Shown one piece after another: positions 30,247-44,700 of a stretch of 64,000 nucleotides of DNA. Under the pieces are notes generated by a model. It saw only the letters and a program-made list of their open reading frames with translations, was not told the DNA's origin and did not search any database. A program made the position numbers and the translations under genes. Source of the stretch: Eledone cirrhosa (lineage: Eukaryota); assembly GCA_964016885.1 (NCBI GenBank), contig CAXHJY010000161.1, positions 62,001 through 126,000 of the forward strand, given 5' to 3'. Positions within the stretch are counted from its first letter, which is position 1. Every line of letters starts with the position of its first letter.

Positions 30247-33200
30247 GTGAAAATAGCAACAACAACAACACTGGCACTGACACAGAAAACAGCAACAACT
30301 ACAACAACACTGGCACTGTCAGAGAAAACAGCAACAACTACAACACTGGCACTGACAGAGAAAACAGCAACAACAACACTGGCACTGACACAGAAAACAG
30401 CAACAACTACAACAACACTGGCACTGACAGAGAAAACAGCAACAACTACAACAACACTGGCACTGACAGAGAAAACAGCAACAACTACAACAACACTGGC
30501 ACTGACACAGAAAACAGCAACAACTACAACAACACTGGCACTGACAGAGAAAACAGCAACAACAACAACACTGGCACTGACACAGAAAACAGCAACAACT
30601 ACAACAACACTGGCACTGACAGAGAAAGCAGCAACAACTACAACAACACTGGCACTGACAGAGAAAACAGCAACAGCAACAACACTGGCACTGACACAGA
30701 AAACAGCAACAACTACAACAACACTGGCACTAACACAGAAAACAGCAACAACTACAACATCACTGGCACTGACAGAGAAAACAGCAACAGCAACAACACT
30801 GGCACTGAGAGTGAAAATAGCAACAACAACAACACTGGCACTGACACAGAAAACAGCAACAACAACAACACTGGCACTGACACAGAAAACCGGCAACAAT
30901 TACAACAACACTGGCACTGACAGAAAAAACAGCAACAACTACAACACTGGCACTGACAGAGAAAACAGCAGCAACAACAACAACACTGGCACTGACAGAG
31001 AAAACAGCAACAACTACAACAACACTGGCACTGACACAGAAAACAGCAACAACTACAACAACACTGGCACTGACAGAGAAAACAGCAACAACTACAACAA
31101 CACTGGCACTGACAGAGAAAACAGCAACAACAACAACACTGGCACTGACACAGAAAACAGCAACAACTACAACAACACTGGCACTGACAGAGAAAACAGC
31201 AACAACTACAACAAAACTGGCACTGACACAGTAAACAGCAACAACTACAACAACACTGACACAGAAAACAGCAACAGCTACAACAACACTGGCACTGACA
31301 GAGAAAACAGCAACAACAACAACACTGGCACTGACACAGAAAACAGCAACAACTACAACAACACTGGCACTGACAGTGAAAATAGCAACAACAACACTGG
31401 CACTGACACAGAAAACAGCAACAACAACAACACTGGCACTGACACAGAAAACAGCAACAACAGCAACAACACTGGCACTGACACAGAAAACAGCAACAAT
31501 TACAACAACACTGGCACTGACAGAGAAAACAGCAACAACTACAACAACACTGGCACTGACACAGAAAACAGCAACAACTACAACAACACTGGCACTGACA
31601 CAGAAAACAGCAACAACAACAACACTGGCACTGACAGAGAAAACAGCAACAATAAGACTGGCACTGGCAGAGAAAACAGCAACAACAACAACACTGGCAC
31701 AGACACAGAAAACAGCAACAACAACAGTGGCACTGACACAGAAAACAGCAACAACTACAACAACACTGGCACTGACAGAGAAAACAGCAACAACAACAAC
31801 ACTGGCACTGACACAGAAAACAGCAACAACTACAACAACACTGGCACTGACAGAGAAAACAGCAACAACTACAACAACACTGGCACTGACAGAGAAAACA
31901 GCAACAACTACAACAACACTGGCACTGACACAGAAAACAGCAACAACTACAACAACACTGGCACTGACACAGAAAACAGCAACAACAACAACACTGGCAC
32001 TGACACAGAAAACAGCAACAACTACAACAACACTGGCACTGACAGTGAAAATAGCAACAACAACACTGGCACTGACACAGAAAACAGCAACAACAACAAC
32101 ACTGGCACTGACACAGAAAACAGGAACAACAGCAACAACACTGGCACTGACACAGAAAACAGCAACAATTACAACAACACTGGCACTGACAGAGAAAACA
32201 GCAACAACTACAACAACACTGGCACTGACAGAGAAAACAGCAACAACAAAAACACTGGCACTGACACAGAAACAGCAACAACTACAACAACACTGGCACT
32301 GACAGAGAAAACGGCAACAACTACAACAACACTGGCACTGACAGAGAAAACAGCAACAGCAACAACACTGGCACTGACACAGAAAACAGCAACAAAAACA
32401 ACACTGGCACTGACAGAGAAAACAGCAACAACAACAACACTGGCACTGACACAGAAAACAGAAACAACTACAACAACACTGGCACTGACAGAGAAAGCAG
32501 CAACAACTACAACAACACTGGCACTGACAGAGAAAACAGCAACAGCAACAACACTGGCACTGACACAGAAAACAGCAACAACTACAACAACACTGGCACT
32601 AACACAGAAAACAGCAACAACTACAACATCACTGGCACTGACAGAGAAAACAGCAACAGCAACAACACTGGCACTGACAGTGAAAATATCAACAACAACA
32701 ACACTGGCACTGACACAGAAAACAGCAACAACTACAACAACACTGGCACTGTCAGAGAAAACAGCAACAACTACAACACTGGCACTGACAGAGAAAACAG
32801 CAACAACAACACTGGCACTGACACAGAAAACAGCAACAACTACAACAACACTGGCACTGACAGAGAAAACAGCAACAACTACAACAACACTGGCACTGAC
32901 AAAGAAAACAGCAACAACTACAACAACACTGGCACTGACACAGAAAACAGCAACAACTACAACAACACTGGCACTGACAGAGAAAACAGCAACAACAACA
33001 ACACTGGCACTGACACAGAAAACAGCAACAACTACAACAACACTGGCACTGACAGAGAAAGCAGCAACAACTACAACAACACTGGCACTGACAGAGAAAA
33101 CAGCAACAGCAACAACACTGGCACTGACACAGAAAACAGCAACAACTACAACAACACTGGCACTAACACAGAAAACAGCAACAACTACAACATCACTGGC

Positions 33201-34212
33201 ACTGACAGAGAAAACAGCAACAGCAACAACACTGGCACTGAGAGTGAAAATAGCAACAACAACAACACTGGCACTGACACAGAAAACAGCAACAACAACA
33301 ACACTGGCACTGACACAGAAAACCGGCAACAATTACAACAACACTGGCACTGACAGAAAAAACAGCAACAACTACAACACTGGCACTGACAGGGAAAACA
33401 GCAGCAACAACAACAACACTGGCACTGACAGAGAAAACAGCAACAACTACAACAACACTGGCACTGACACAGAAAACAGCAACAACTACAACAACACTGG
33501 CACTGACAGAGAAAACAGCAACAACTACAACAACACTGGCACTGACAGAGAAAACAGCAACAACAACAACACTGGCACTGACACAGAAAACAGCAACAAC
33601 TACAACAACACTGGCACTGACAGAGAAAACAGCAACAACTACAACAAAACTGGCACTGACACAGTAAACAGCAACAACTACAACAACACTGACACAGAAA
33701 ACAGCAACAGCTACAACAACACTGGCACTGACAGAGAAAACAGCAACAACAACAACACTGGCACTGACACAGAAAACAGCAACAACTACAACAACACTGG
33801 CACTGACAGTGAAAATAGCAACAACAACACTGGCACTGACACAGAAAACAGCAACAACAACAACACTGGCACTGACACAGAAAACAGCAACAATTACAAC
33901 AACACTGGCACTGACAGAGAAAACAGCAACAACTACAACAACACTGGCACTGACACAGAAAACAGCAACAACTACAACAACACTGGCACTGACACAGAAA
34001 ACAGCAACAACAACAACACTGGCACTGACAGAGAAAACAGCAACAATAAGACTGGCACTGGCAGAGAAAACAGCAACAACAACATCACTGGCACAGACAC
34101 AGAAAACAGCAACAACAACAGTGGCACTGACACAGAAAACAGCAACAACTACAACAACACTGGCACTGACAGAGAAAACAGCAACAACAACAACACTGGC
34201 ACTGACACATAA
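27178..34212 (+). other. Repeat-derived chimeric open frame alternating Thr-rich and Asn-rich blocks (2,344 codons); coding status unsupported
   Basis: Present in the ORF track. It starts at an internal GTG variant and has no unique N-terminus, signal peptide or domain. It stays open through compensating +1/-1 indels. The confidence value is for being truly translated. Confidence 0.08.
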
Positions 34213-37200
34213 AACAGCAACAACTACAACAACACTGGCACTGACAGAGAAAACAGCAACAACTACAACAACACTGGCACTGACAGAGAAAACACCAACA
34301 ACTACAACAACACTGGCACTGACACAGAAAACAGCAACAACTACAACAACACTGGCACTGACACAGAAAACAGCAACAGCTACAACAACACTGGCACTGA
34401 CAGAGAAAACAGCAAAAACAACAACACTGGCACTGACACAGAAAACAGCAACAACAACAACACTGGCACTGACACAGAAAACAGGAACAACAGCAACAAC
34501 ACTGGCACTGACACAGAAAACAGCAACAATTACAACAACACTGGCACTGACAGAGAAAACAGCAACAACTACAACAACACTGGCACTGACAGAGAAAACA
34601 GCAACAACAAAAACACTGGCACTGACACAGAAACAGCAACAACTACAACAACACTGGCACTGACAGAGAAAACGGCAACAACTACAACAACACTGGCACT
34701 GACACAGAAAACAGCAACAATTACAACAACACTGGCACTGACAGAGAAAACAGCAACAACAACACTGGCACTGACAGAGAAAACAGCAACAACAACAACA
34801 CTGGCACTGACAGAGAAAACAGCAACAACAACACTGGCACTGACAGAGAAAACAGCAACAACAACAACAGTGGCACAGACACAGAAAACAGCAACAACAA
34901 CAGTGGCACTGACACAGAAAACAGCAACAACTACAACAACACTGGCACTGACAGAGAAAACAGCAACAACAACACTGGCACTGACACAGAAAACAGAAAC
35001 AACTACAACAACACTGGCACTGACAGAGAAAGCAGCAACAACTACAACAACACTGGCACTGACAGAGAAAACAGCAACAGCAACAACACTGGCACTGACA
35101 CAGAAAACAGCAACAACTACAACAACACTGGCACTAACACAGAAAACAGCAACAACTACAACATCACTGGCACTGACAGAGAAAACAGCAACAGCAACAA
35201 CACTGGCACTGACAGTGAAAATAGCAACAACAACAACACTGGCACTGACACAGAAAACAGCAACAACTACAACAACACTGGCACTGTCAGAGAAAACAGC
35301 AACAACTACAACACTGGCACTGACAGAGAAAACAGCAACAACAACACTGGCACTGACACAGAAAACAGCAACAACTACAACAACACTGGCACTGACAGAG
35401 AAAACAGCAACAACTACAACAACACTGGCACTGACAGAGAAAACAGCAACAACTACAACAACACTGGCACTGACACAGAAAACAGCAACAACTACAACAA
35501 CACTGGCACTGACAGAGAAAACAGCAACAACAACAACACTGGCACTGACACAGAAAACAGCAACAACTACAACAACACTGGCACTGACAGAGAAAGCAGC
35601 AACAACTACAACAACACTGGCACTGACAGAGAAAACAGCAACAGCAACAACACTGGCACTGACACAGAAAACAGCAACAACTACAACAACACTGGCACTA
35701 ACACAGAAAACAGCAACAACTACAACATCACTGGCACTGACAGAGAAAACAGCAACAGCAACAACACTGGCACTGAGAGTGAAAATAGCAACAACAACAA
35801 CACTGTCACTGACACAGAAAACAGCAACAACAACAACACTGGCACTGACACAGAAAACCGGCAACAATTACAACAACACTGGCACTGACAGAAAAAACAG
35901 CAACAACTACAACACTGGCACTGACAGAGAAAACAGCAGCAACAACAACAATACTGGCACTGACAGAGAAAACAGCAACAACTACAACAACACTGGCACT
36001 GACACAGAAAACAGCAACAACTACAACAACACTGGCACTGACAGAGAAAACAGCAACAACTACAACAACACTGGCACTGACAGAGAAAACAGCAACAACA
36101 ACAACACTGGCACTGACACAGAAAACAGCAACAACTACAACAACACTGGCACTGACAGAGAAAACAGCAACAACTACAACAAAACTGGCACTGACAGAGA
36201 AAACAGCAACAACTACAACAACACTGGCACTGACACAGTAAACAGCAACAACTACAACAACACTGACACAGAAAACAGCAACAGCTACAACAACACTGGC
36301 ACTGACAGAGAAAACAGCAACAACAACAACACTGGCACTGACACAGAAAACAGCAACAACTACAACAACACTGGCACTGACAGTGAAAATAGCAACAACA
36401 ACACTGGCACTGACACAGAAAACAGCAACAACAACAACACTGGCACTGACACAGAAAACAGCAACAACAGCAACAACACTGGCACTGACACAGAAAACAG
36501 CAACAATTACAACAACACTGGCACTGACAGAGAAAACAGCAACAACTACAACAACACTGGCACTGACACAGAAAACAGCAACAACTACAACAACACTGGC
36601 ACTGACACAGAAAACAGCAACAACAACAACACTGGCACTGACAGAGAAAACAGCAACAATAAGACTGGCACTGGCAGAGAAAACAGCAACAACAACAACA
36701 CTGGCACAGACACAGAAAACAGCAACAACAACAGTGGCACTGACACAGAAAACAGCAACAACTACAACAACACTGGCACTGACAGAGAAAACAGCAACAA
36801 CAACAACACTGGCACTGACACAGAAAACAGCAACAACTACAACAACACTGGCACTGACAGAGAAAACAGCAACAACTACAACAACACTGGCACTGACAGA
36901 GAAAACAGCAACAACTACAACAACACTGGCACTGACACAGAAAACAGCAACAACTACAACAACACTGGCACTGACACAGAAAACAGCAACAGCTACAACA
37001 ACACTGGCACTGACAGAGAAAACAGCAACAACAACAACACTGGCACTGACACAGAAAACAGCAACAACTACAACAACACTGGCACTGACAGTGAAAATAG
37101 CAACAACAACACTGGCACTGACACAGAAAACAGCAACAAAAACAACACTGGCACTGACACAGAAAACAGCAACAACAGCAACAACACTGGCACTGACACA

Positions 37201-40200
37201 GAAAACAGCAACAATTACAACAACACTGGCACTGACAGAGAAAACAGCAACAACTACAACAACACTGGCACTGACAGAGAAAACAGCAACAACAAAAACA
37301 CTGGCACTGACACAGAAACAGCAACAACTACAACAACACTGGCACTGACAGAGAAAACGGCAACAACTACAACAACACTGGCACTGACAGAGAAAACAGC
37401 AACAGCAACAACACTGGCACTGACACAGAAAACAGCAACAAAAACAACACTGGCACTGACAGAGAAAACAGCAACAACAACACTGGCACTGACAGAGAAA
37501 ACAGCAACAACAACAACACTGGCACTGACAGAGAAAACAGCAACAACAACACTGGCACTGACAGAGAAAACAGCAACAACAACAACAGTGGCACAGACAC
37601 AGAAAACAGCAACAACAACAGTGGCACTGACACAGAAAACAGCAACAACTACAACAACACTGGCACTGACAGAGAAAGCAGCAACAACTACAACAACACT
37701 GGCACTGACAGAGAAAACAGCAACAGCAACAACACTGGCACTGACACAGAAAACAGCAACAACTACAACAACACTGGCACTAACACAGAAAACAGCAACA
37801 ACTACAACATCACTGGCACTGACAGAGAAAACAGCAACAGCAACAACACTGGCACTGACAGTGAAAATAGCAACAACAACAACACTGGCACTGACACAGA
37901 AAACAGCAACAACAACAACACTGGCACTGACAGACAAAACAGCAACAACTACAACAACACTGGCACTGACAGAGAAAACAGCAACAACTACAACAACACT
38001 GGCACTGACACAGAAAACAGCAACAACTACAACAACACTGGCACTGTCAGAGAAAACAGCAACAACTACAACAACACTGGCACTGACAGAGAAAACAGCA
38101 ACAACAACACTGGCACTGACACAGAAAACAGCAACAGCTACAACAACACTGGCACTGACAGAGAAAACAGCAACAACTACAACAACACTGGCACTGACAG
38201 AGAAAACAGCAACAACTACAACAACACTGGCACTGACACAGAAAACAGCAACAAAAACAACACTGGCACTGACAGAGAAAACAGCAACAACAACACTGGC
38301 ACTGACAGAGAAAACAGCAACAACAACAACACTGGCACTGACAGAGAAAACAGCAACAACAACACTGGCACTGACAGAGAAAACAGCAACAACAACAACA
38401 GTGGCACAGACACAGAAAACAGCAACAACAACAGTGGCACTGACACAGAAAACAGCAACAACTACAACAACACTGGCACTGACAGAGAAAACAGCAACAA
38501 CAACAACACTGGCACTGACACAGAAAACAGAAACAACTACAACAACACTGGCACTGACAGAGAAAGCAGCAACAACTACAACAACACTGGCACTGACAGA
38601 GAAAACAGCAACAGCAACAACACTGGCACTGACACAGAAAACAGCAACAACTACAACAACACTGGCACTAACACAGAAAACAGCAACAACTACAACATCA
38701 CTGGCACTGACAGAGAAAACAGCAACAGCAACAACACTGGCACTGACAGTGAAAATAGCAACAACAACAACACTGGCATTGACACAGAAAACAGCAACAA
38801 CTACAACAACACTGGCACTGTCAGAGAAAACAGCAACAACTACAACACTGGCACTGACAGAGAAAACAGCAACAACAACACTGGCACTGACACAGAAAAC
38901 AGCAACAACTACAACAACACTGGCACTGATAGAGAAAACAGCAACAACTACAACAACACTGGCACTGACATAGAAAACAGCAACAACTACAACAACACTG
39001 GCACTGACACAGAAAACAGCAACAACTACAACAACACTGGCACTGACAGAGAAAACAGCAGCAACAACAACACTGGCACTGACACAGAAAACAGCAACAA
39101 CTACAACAACACTGGCACTGACAGAGAAAGCAGCAACAACTACAACAACACTGGCACTGACAGAGAAAACAGCAACAGCAACAACACTGGCACTGACACA
39201 GAAAACAGCAACAACTACAACAACACTGGCACTAACACAGAAAACAGCAACAACTACAACATCACTGGCACTGACAGAGAAAACAGCAACAGCAACAACA
39301 CTGGCACTGAGAGTGAAAATAGCAACAACAACAACACTGGCACTGACACAGAAAACAGCAACAACAACAACACTGGCACTGACACAGAAAACCGGCAACA
39401 ATTACAACAACACTGGCACTGACAGAAAAAACAGCAACAACTACAACACTGGCACTGACAGAGAAAACAGCAGCAACAACAACAACACTGGCACTGACAG
39501 AGAAAACAGCAACAACTACAACAACACTGGCACTGACACAGAAAACAGCAACAACTACAACAACACTGGCACTGACAGAGAAAACAGCAACAACTACAAC
39601 AACACTGGCACTGACAGAGAAAACAGCAACAACAACAACACTGGCACTGACACAGAAAACAGCAACAACTACAACAACACTGGCACTGACAGAGAAAACA
39701 GCAACAACTACAACAAAACTGGCACTGACAGAGAAAACAGCAACAACTACAACAACACTGGCACTGACACAGTAAACAGCAACAACTACAACAACACTGA
39801 CACAGAAAACAGCAACAGCTACAACAACACTGGCACTGACAGAGAAAACAGCAACAACAACAACACTGGCACTGACACAGAAAACAGCAACAACTACAAC
39901 AACACTGGCACTGACAGTGAAAATAGCAACAACAACACTGGCACTGACACAGAAAACAGCAACAACAACAACACTGGCACTGACACAGAAAACAGCAACA
40001 ACAGCAACACTGGCACTGACAGAGAAAACAGCAACAATAAGACTGGCACTGACAGAGAAAACAGCAACAACTACAACAACACTGGCACTGACAGAGAAAA
40101 CAGCAACAACAAAAACACTGGCACTGACACAGAAACAGCAACAACTACAACAACACTGGCACTGACAGAGAAAACGGCAACAACTACAACAACACTGGCA

Positions 40201-40999
40201 CTGACAGAGAAAACAGCAACAGCAACAACACTGGCACTGACACAGAAAACAGCAACAAAAACAACACTGGCACTGACAGAGAAAACAGCAACAACAACAC
40301 TGGCACTGACAGAGAAAACAGCAACAACAACAACACTGGCACTGACAGAGAAAACAGCAACAACAACACTGGCACTGACAGAGAAAACAGCAACAACAAC
40401 AACAGTGGCACAGACACAGAAAACAGCAACAACAACAGTGGCACTGACACAGAAAACAGCAACAACTACAACAACACTGGCACTGACAGAGAAAGCAGCA
40501 ACAACTACAACAACACTGGCACTGACAGAGAAAACAGCAACAGCAACAACACTGGCACTGACACAGAAAACAGCAACAACTACAACAACACTGGCACTAA
40601 CACAGAAAACAGCAACAACTACAACATCACTGGCACTGACAGAGAAAACAGCAACAGCAACAACACTGGCACTGACAGTGAAAATAGCAACAACAACAAC
40701 ACTGGCACTGACACAGAAAACAGCAACAACAACAACACTGGCACTGACACAGAAAACAGCAACAACGACAACAACACTGGCACTGACAGAGAAAACAGTA
40801 ACAACTACAACACTGGCACTGACAGACAAAACAGCAACAACTACAACAACACTGGCACTGACAGAGAAAACAGCAACAACTACAACAACACTGGCACTGA
40901 CACAGAAAACAGCAACAACTACAACAACACTGGCACTGTCAGAGAAAACAGCAACAACTACAACAACACTGGCACTGACAGAGAAAACAGCAACAACAA

Positions 41000-41750
41000 C
41001 ACTGGCACTGACACAGAAAACAGCAACAACTACAACAACACTGGCACTGACAGAGAAAACAGCAACAACTACAACAACACTGGCACTGACAGAGAAAACA
41101 GCAACAACTACAACAACACTGGCACTGACACAGAAAACAGCAACAACTACAACAACACTGGCACTGACACAGAAAACAGCAACAACTACAACAACACTGG
41201 CACTGACAGAGAAAACAGCAACAACTACAACAACACTGGCACTGACAGAGAAAACAGCAAAACTACAACAACACTGGCACTGACACAGAAAACAGCAACA
41301 ACTACAACAACACTGGCACTGACACAGAAAACAGTAACAACTACAACAACACTGGCACTGACACAGAAAACAGCAACAACAACAACACTGGCACTGACAG
41401 AGAAAACAGCAACAACTACAACAACACTGGCACTGACAGAGAAAACAGCAACAACTACAACAACACTGGCACTGACACAGAAAACAGCAACAACTACAAC
41501 AACACTGGCACTGACACAGAAAACAGCAACAACTACAACAACACTGGCACTGACAGAGAAAACAGCAACAACTACAACAACACTGGCACTGACAGAGAAA
41601 ACAGCAAAACTACAACAACACTGGCACTGACACAGAAAACAGCAACAACTACAACAACACTGGCACTGACACAGAAAACAGTAACAACTACAACAACACT
41701 GGCACTGACACAGAAAACAGCAACAACAACAACACTGGCACTGACAGAGA
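41000..41750 (+). repeat. 347-bp (9-monomer) tandem duplication carrying a private -1 deletion (AGCAAAACTAC)
   Basis: ACAGCAAAAC at 41254/41601 and ACAGTAAC at 41331/41678. Confidence 0.85.
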
Positions 41751-44700
41751 AAACAGCAACAATAACAACACTGGCACTGACAGAGGAAACAGCAACAACA
41801 ACACCGGCACTGACACAGAAAACAGCAACAACTACAACAACACTGGCACGGAAAACAGCAACAACAGCAGCAACAACACTGGCACTGACACAGAAAACAG
41901 CAACAACAACACTGGCACTGACACAGAAAACAGCAACTACAGCAACAACAACCGTGGCACTGACACAGAAAACAGCAACAACAGCAACAATAACACTGGC
42001 ACTGGCACAGAAAACAGCAACAGCAACACTGGAACTGACACAGAAAACAGCAACAGTAACAACAACAACACTGGCACTGACAAGGAAAACAGCAACAACA
42101 ACAACACTGGCACTGACACAGAAAACAGCAACAACAACAACACTGGCACTGACAGTGAAAATAGCAACAACAACAACACTGGCACTGACACAGAAAACAG
42201 CATCAACTACAACACTGGCACTGACAGAGAAAACAGCAACAATTACAACAACACTGGCACTGACATAGAAAACAGCAACAGCAACAACACTGGCACTGAC
42301 ACAGAAAACAGCAACAACAGCAACAACAACACTGGCACTAACACAGAAAACAGCAACAACAGCAATAACAATGGCACTGACACAGAAAACAGCAACAACA
42401 ACAACACTGGCGCTGACAGAGAAAACAGCAACAACAACACTGGCACTGACAGAGAAAACAGCAACAACAACAACACTGGCACTGACACAGAAAACAGCAA
42501 CAACAGTGGCATTGACAGAGAAAACAGCAACAACAACAACACTGGCACTGACACAGAAAACACCAACAACAACAACACTGGCACTGACACAGAAAACAGC
42601 AACAACAGCAACAACACTGGCACTGACACAGAAAACAGCAACAATTACAACAACAATGGCACTGACAGAGAAAACAGCAACAACTACAACAACACTGGCA
42701 CTGACAGAGAAAACAACAACAACAAAAACACTGGCACTGACACAGAAAACAGCAACAACTACAACAACACTGGCACTGACAGAGAAAACAGCAACAACTA
42801 CAACAACACTGGCACTGACAGAGAAAACAGCAACAACAACAACACTGGCACAGACACAGAAAACAGCAACAACAACAGTGGCACTGACACAGAAAACAGC
42901 AACAACTACAACAACACTGGCACTGACAGAGAAAACAGCAACAACAACAACACTGGCACTGACACAGAAAACAGAAACAACTACAACAACACTGGCACTG
43001 ACAGAGAAAGCAGCAACAACTACAACAACACTGGCACTGACAGAGAAAACAGCCACAGCAACAACACTGGCACTGACACAGAAAACAGCAACAACAACAA
43101 CACTGGCACTGACAGTGAAAATAGCAACAACAACAACACTGGCACTGACACAGAAAACAGCAACAACTACAACACTGGCACTGACAGAGAAAACAGCAAC
43201 AACTACAACAACACTGGCACTGACAGAGAAAACAGCAACAACAACACTGGCACTGACAGAGAAAACAGCAACAACAACAACACTGGCACTGACAGAGAAA
43301 ACAGCAACAACAACAACACCGGCACTGACAGAGAAAACAGCAACAACTACAACAACACTGGCACTGACAGAGAAAACAGCAACAACAACAACACTGGCAC
43401 TGACACAGAAAACAGCAACAACTACAACACTGGCACTGACAGAGAAAACAGCAACAACAACAACACTGGCATTAACACAGAAAACATCAACAACTACAAC
43501 AACACTGGCACTGACAGAGAAAACAGCAACAACTACAACAACACTGGCACTGACAGAGAAAACAGCAACAACTACAACAACACTGGCACTGACACAGAAA
43601 ACAGCAACAACTACAACAACACTGGCACTGACACAGAAAACAGCAACAACTACAACAACACTGGCACTGACACAGAAAACAGCAACAACAACAACACTGG
43701 CACTGACAGAGAAAACAGCAACAACAACAACACCGGCACTGACACAGAAAACAACAACAACTACAACAACACTGGCACAGAAAACAGCAACAACAGCAAC
43801 AACAACACTGGCACTGACACAGAAAACAGCAACAACAGCAACAACAACCGTGGCACTGACACAGAAAACAGCAACAACAGCAACAATAACACTGGCATTG
43901 GCACAGAAAACAGCAACAGCAACACTGGAACTGACACAGAAAACAGCAACAGTAACATCAACAACACTGGCACTGACAAAGAAAACAGCAACAACAACAC
44001 TGGCACTGACACAGAAAACAGCAACAACAACAACACTGGCACTGACAGTGAAAATAGCAACAGCAACAACACTGTCACTGACAGAGAAAACAGCAACAAC
44101 AACAACACTGGCACTGACACAGAAAACAGCAACAACAACACTGGCACTGACACAGAAAACAGCAAAAACTACAACAACACTGGCACTGACAGAGAAAACA
44201 GCAACAACAACAGTGGCACTGACACAGAAAACAGCCACAACTACAACAACACTGGCACTGACAGAGAAAACAGCAACAACAACAACACTGGCACTGACAC
44301 AGAAAACAGCAACAACTACAACAACACTGGCACTGACAGAGAAAGCAGCAACAACTACAACAACACTGGCACTGACAGAGAAAACAGCAACAGCAACAAC
44401 ACCGGCACTGACACAGAAAACAGCAACAACTACAACAACACTGGCACTAACACAGAAAACAGCAACAACTACAACATCACTGGCACTGACAGAGAAAACA
44501 GCAACAGCAACAACACTGGCACTGACAGTGAAAATAGCAACAACAACACTGGCACTGACACAGAAAACAGCAACAACAACAACACTGGCACTGACACAGA
44601 AAACAGCAACAACTACAACAACACTGGCACTGACAGAGAAAACAGCAACAACTACAACACTGGCACTGACAGAGAAAACAGCAACAACAACAGCAACACT

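Larger units (their letters stand above)
14300..41250 (+). repeat. Central sub-domain of eight variable-length higher-order units (2.4-4.9 kb), each marked by the +1 variant GAAAACCGGCAACAATTAC
   Basis: ACCGGC marker at 15509, 19077, 23272, 28168, 30889, 33322, 35857 and 39391 (spacings 3568, 4195, 4896, 2721, 2433, 2535, 3534). Each is preceded by CTGAGAGTGAAAATAGC and followed by GACAGAAAAAAC, CAGCAGC, ACAAAACTGG, CAGTAAAC and AATAAGACTGG variants. Confidence 0.9.

Noticed and set aside
30752-37327. Cys-rich ORFs resembling metallothionein or keratin-associated proteins (CQCQCCCSCCCFL), and Leu-rich signal-peptide-like ORFs
   Set aside because: These are alternative-frame translations of the same repeat, found wherever a TTG start happens to occur. 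There is no independent evidence for them.
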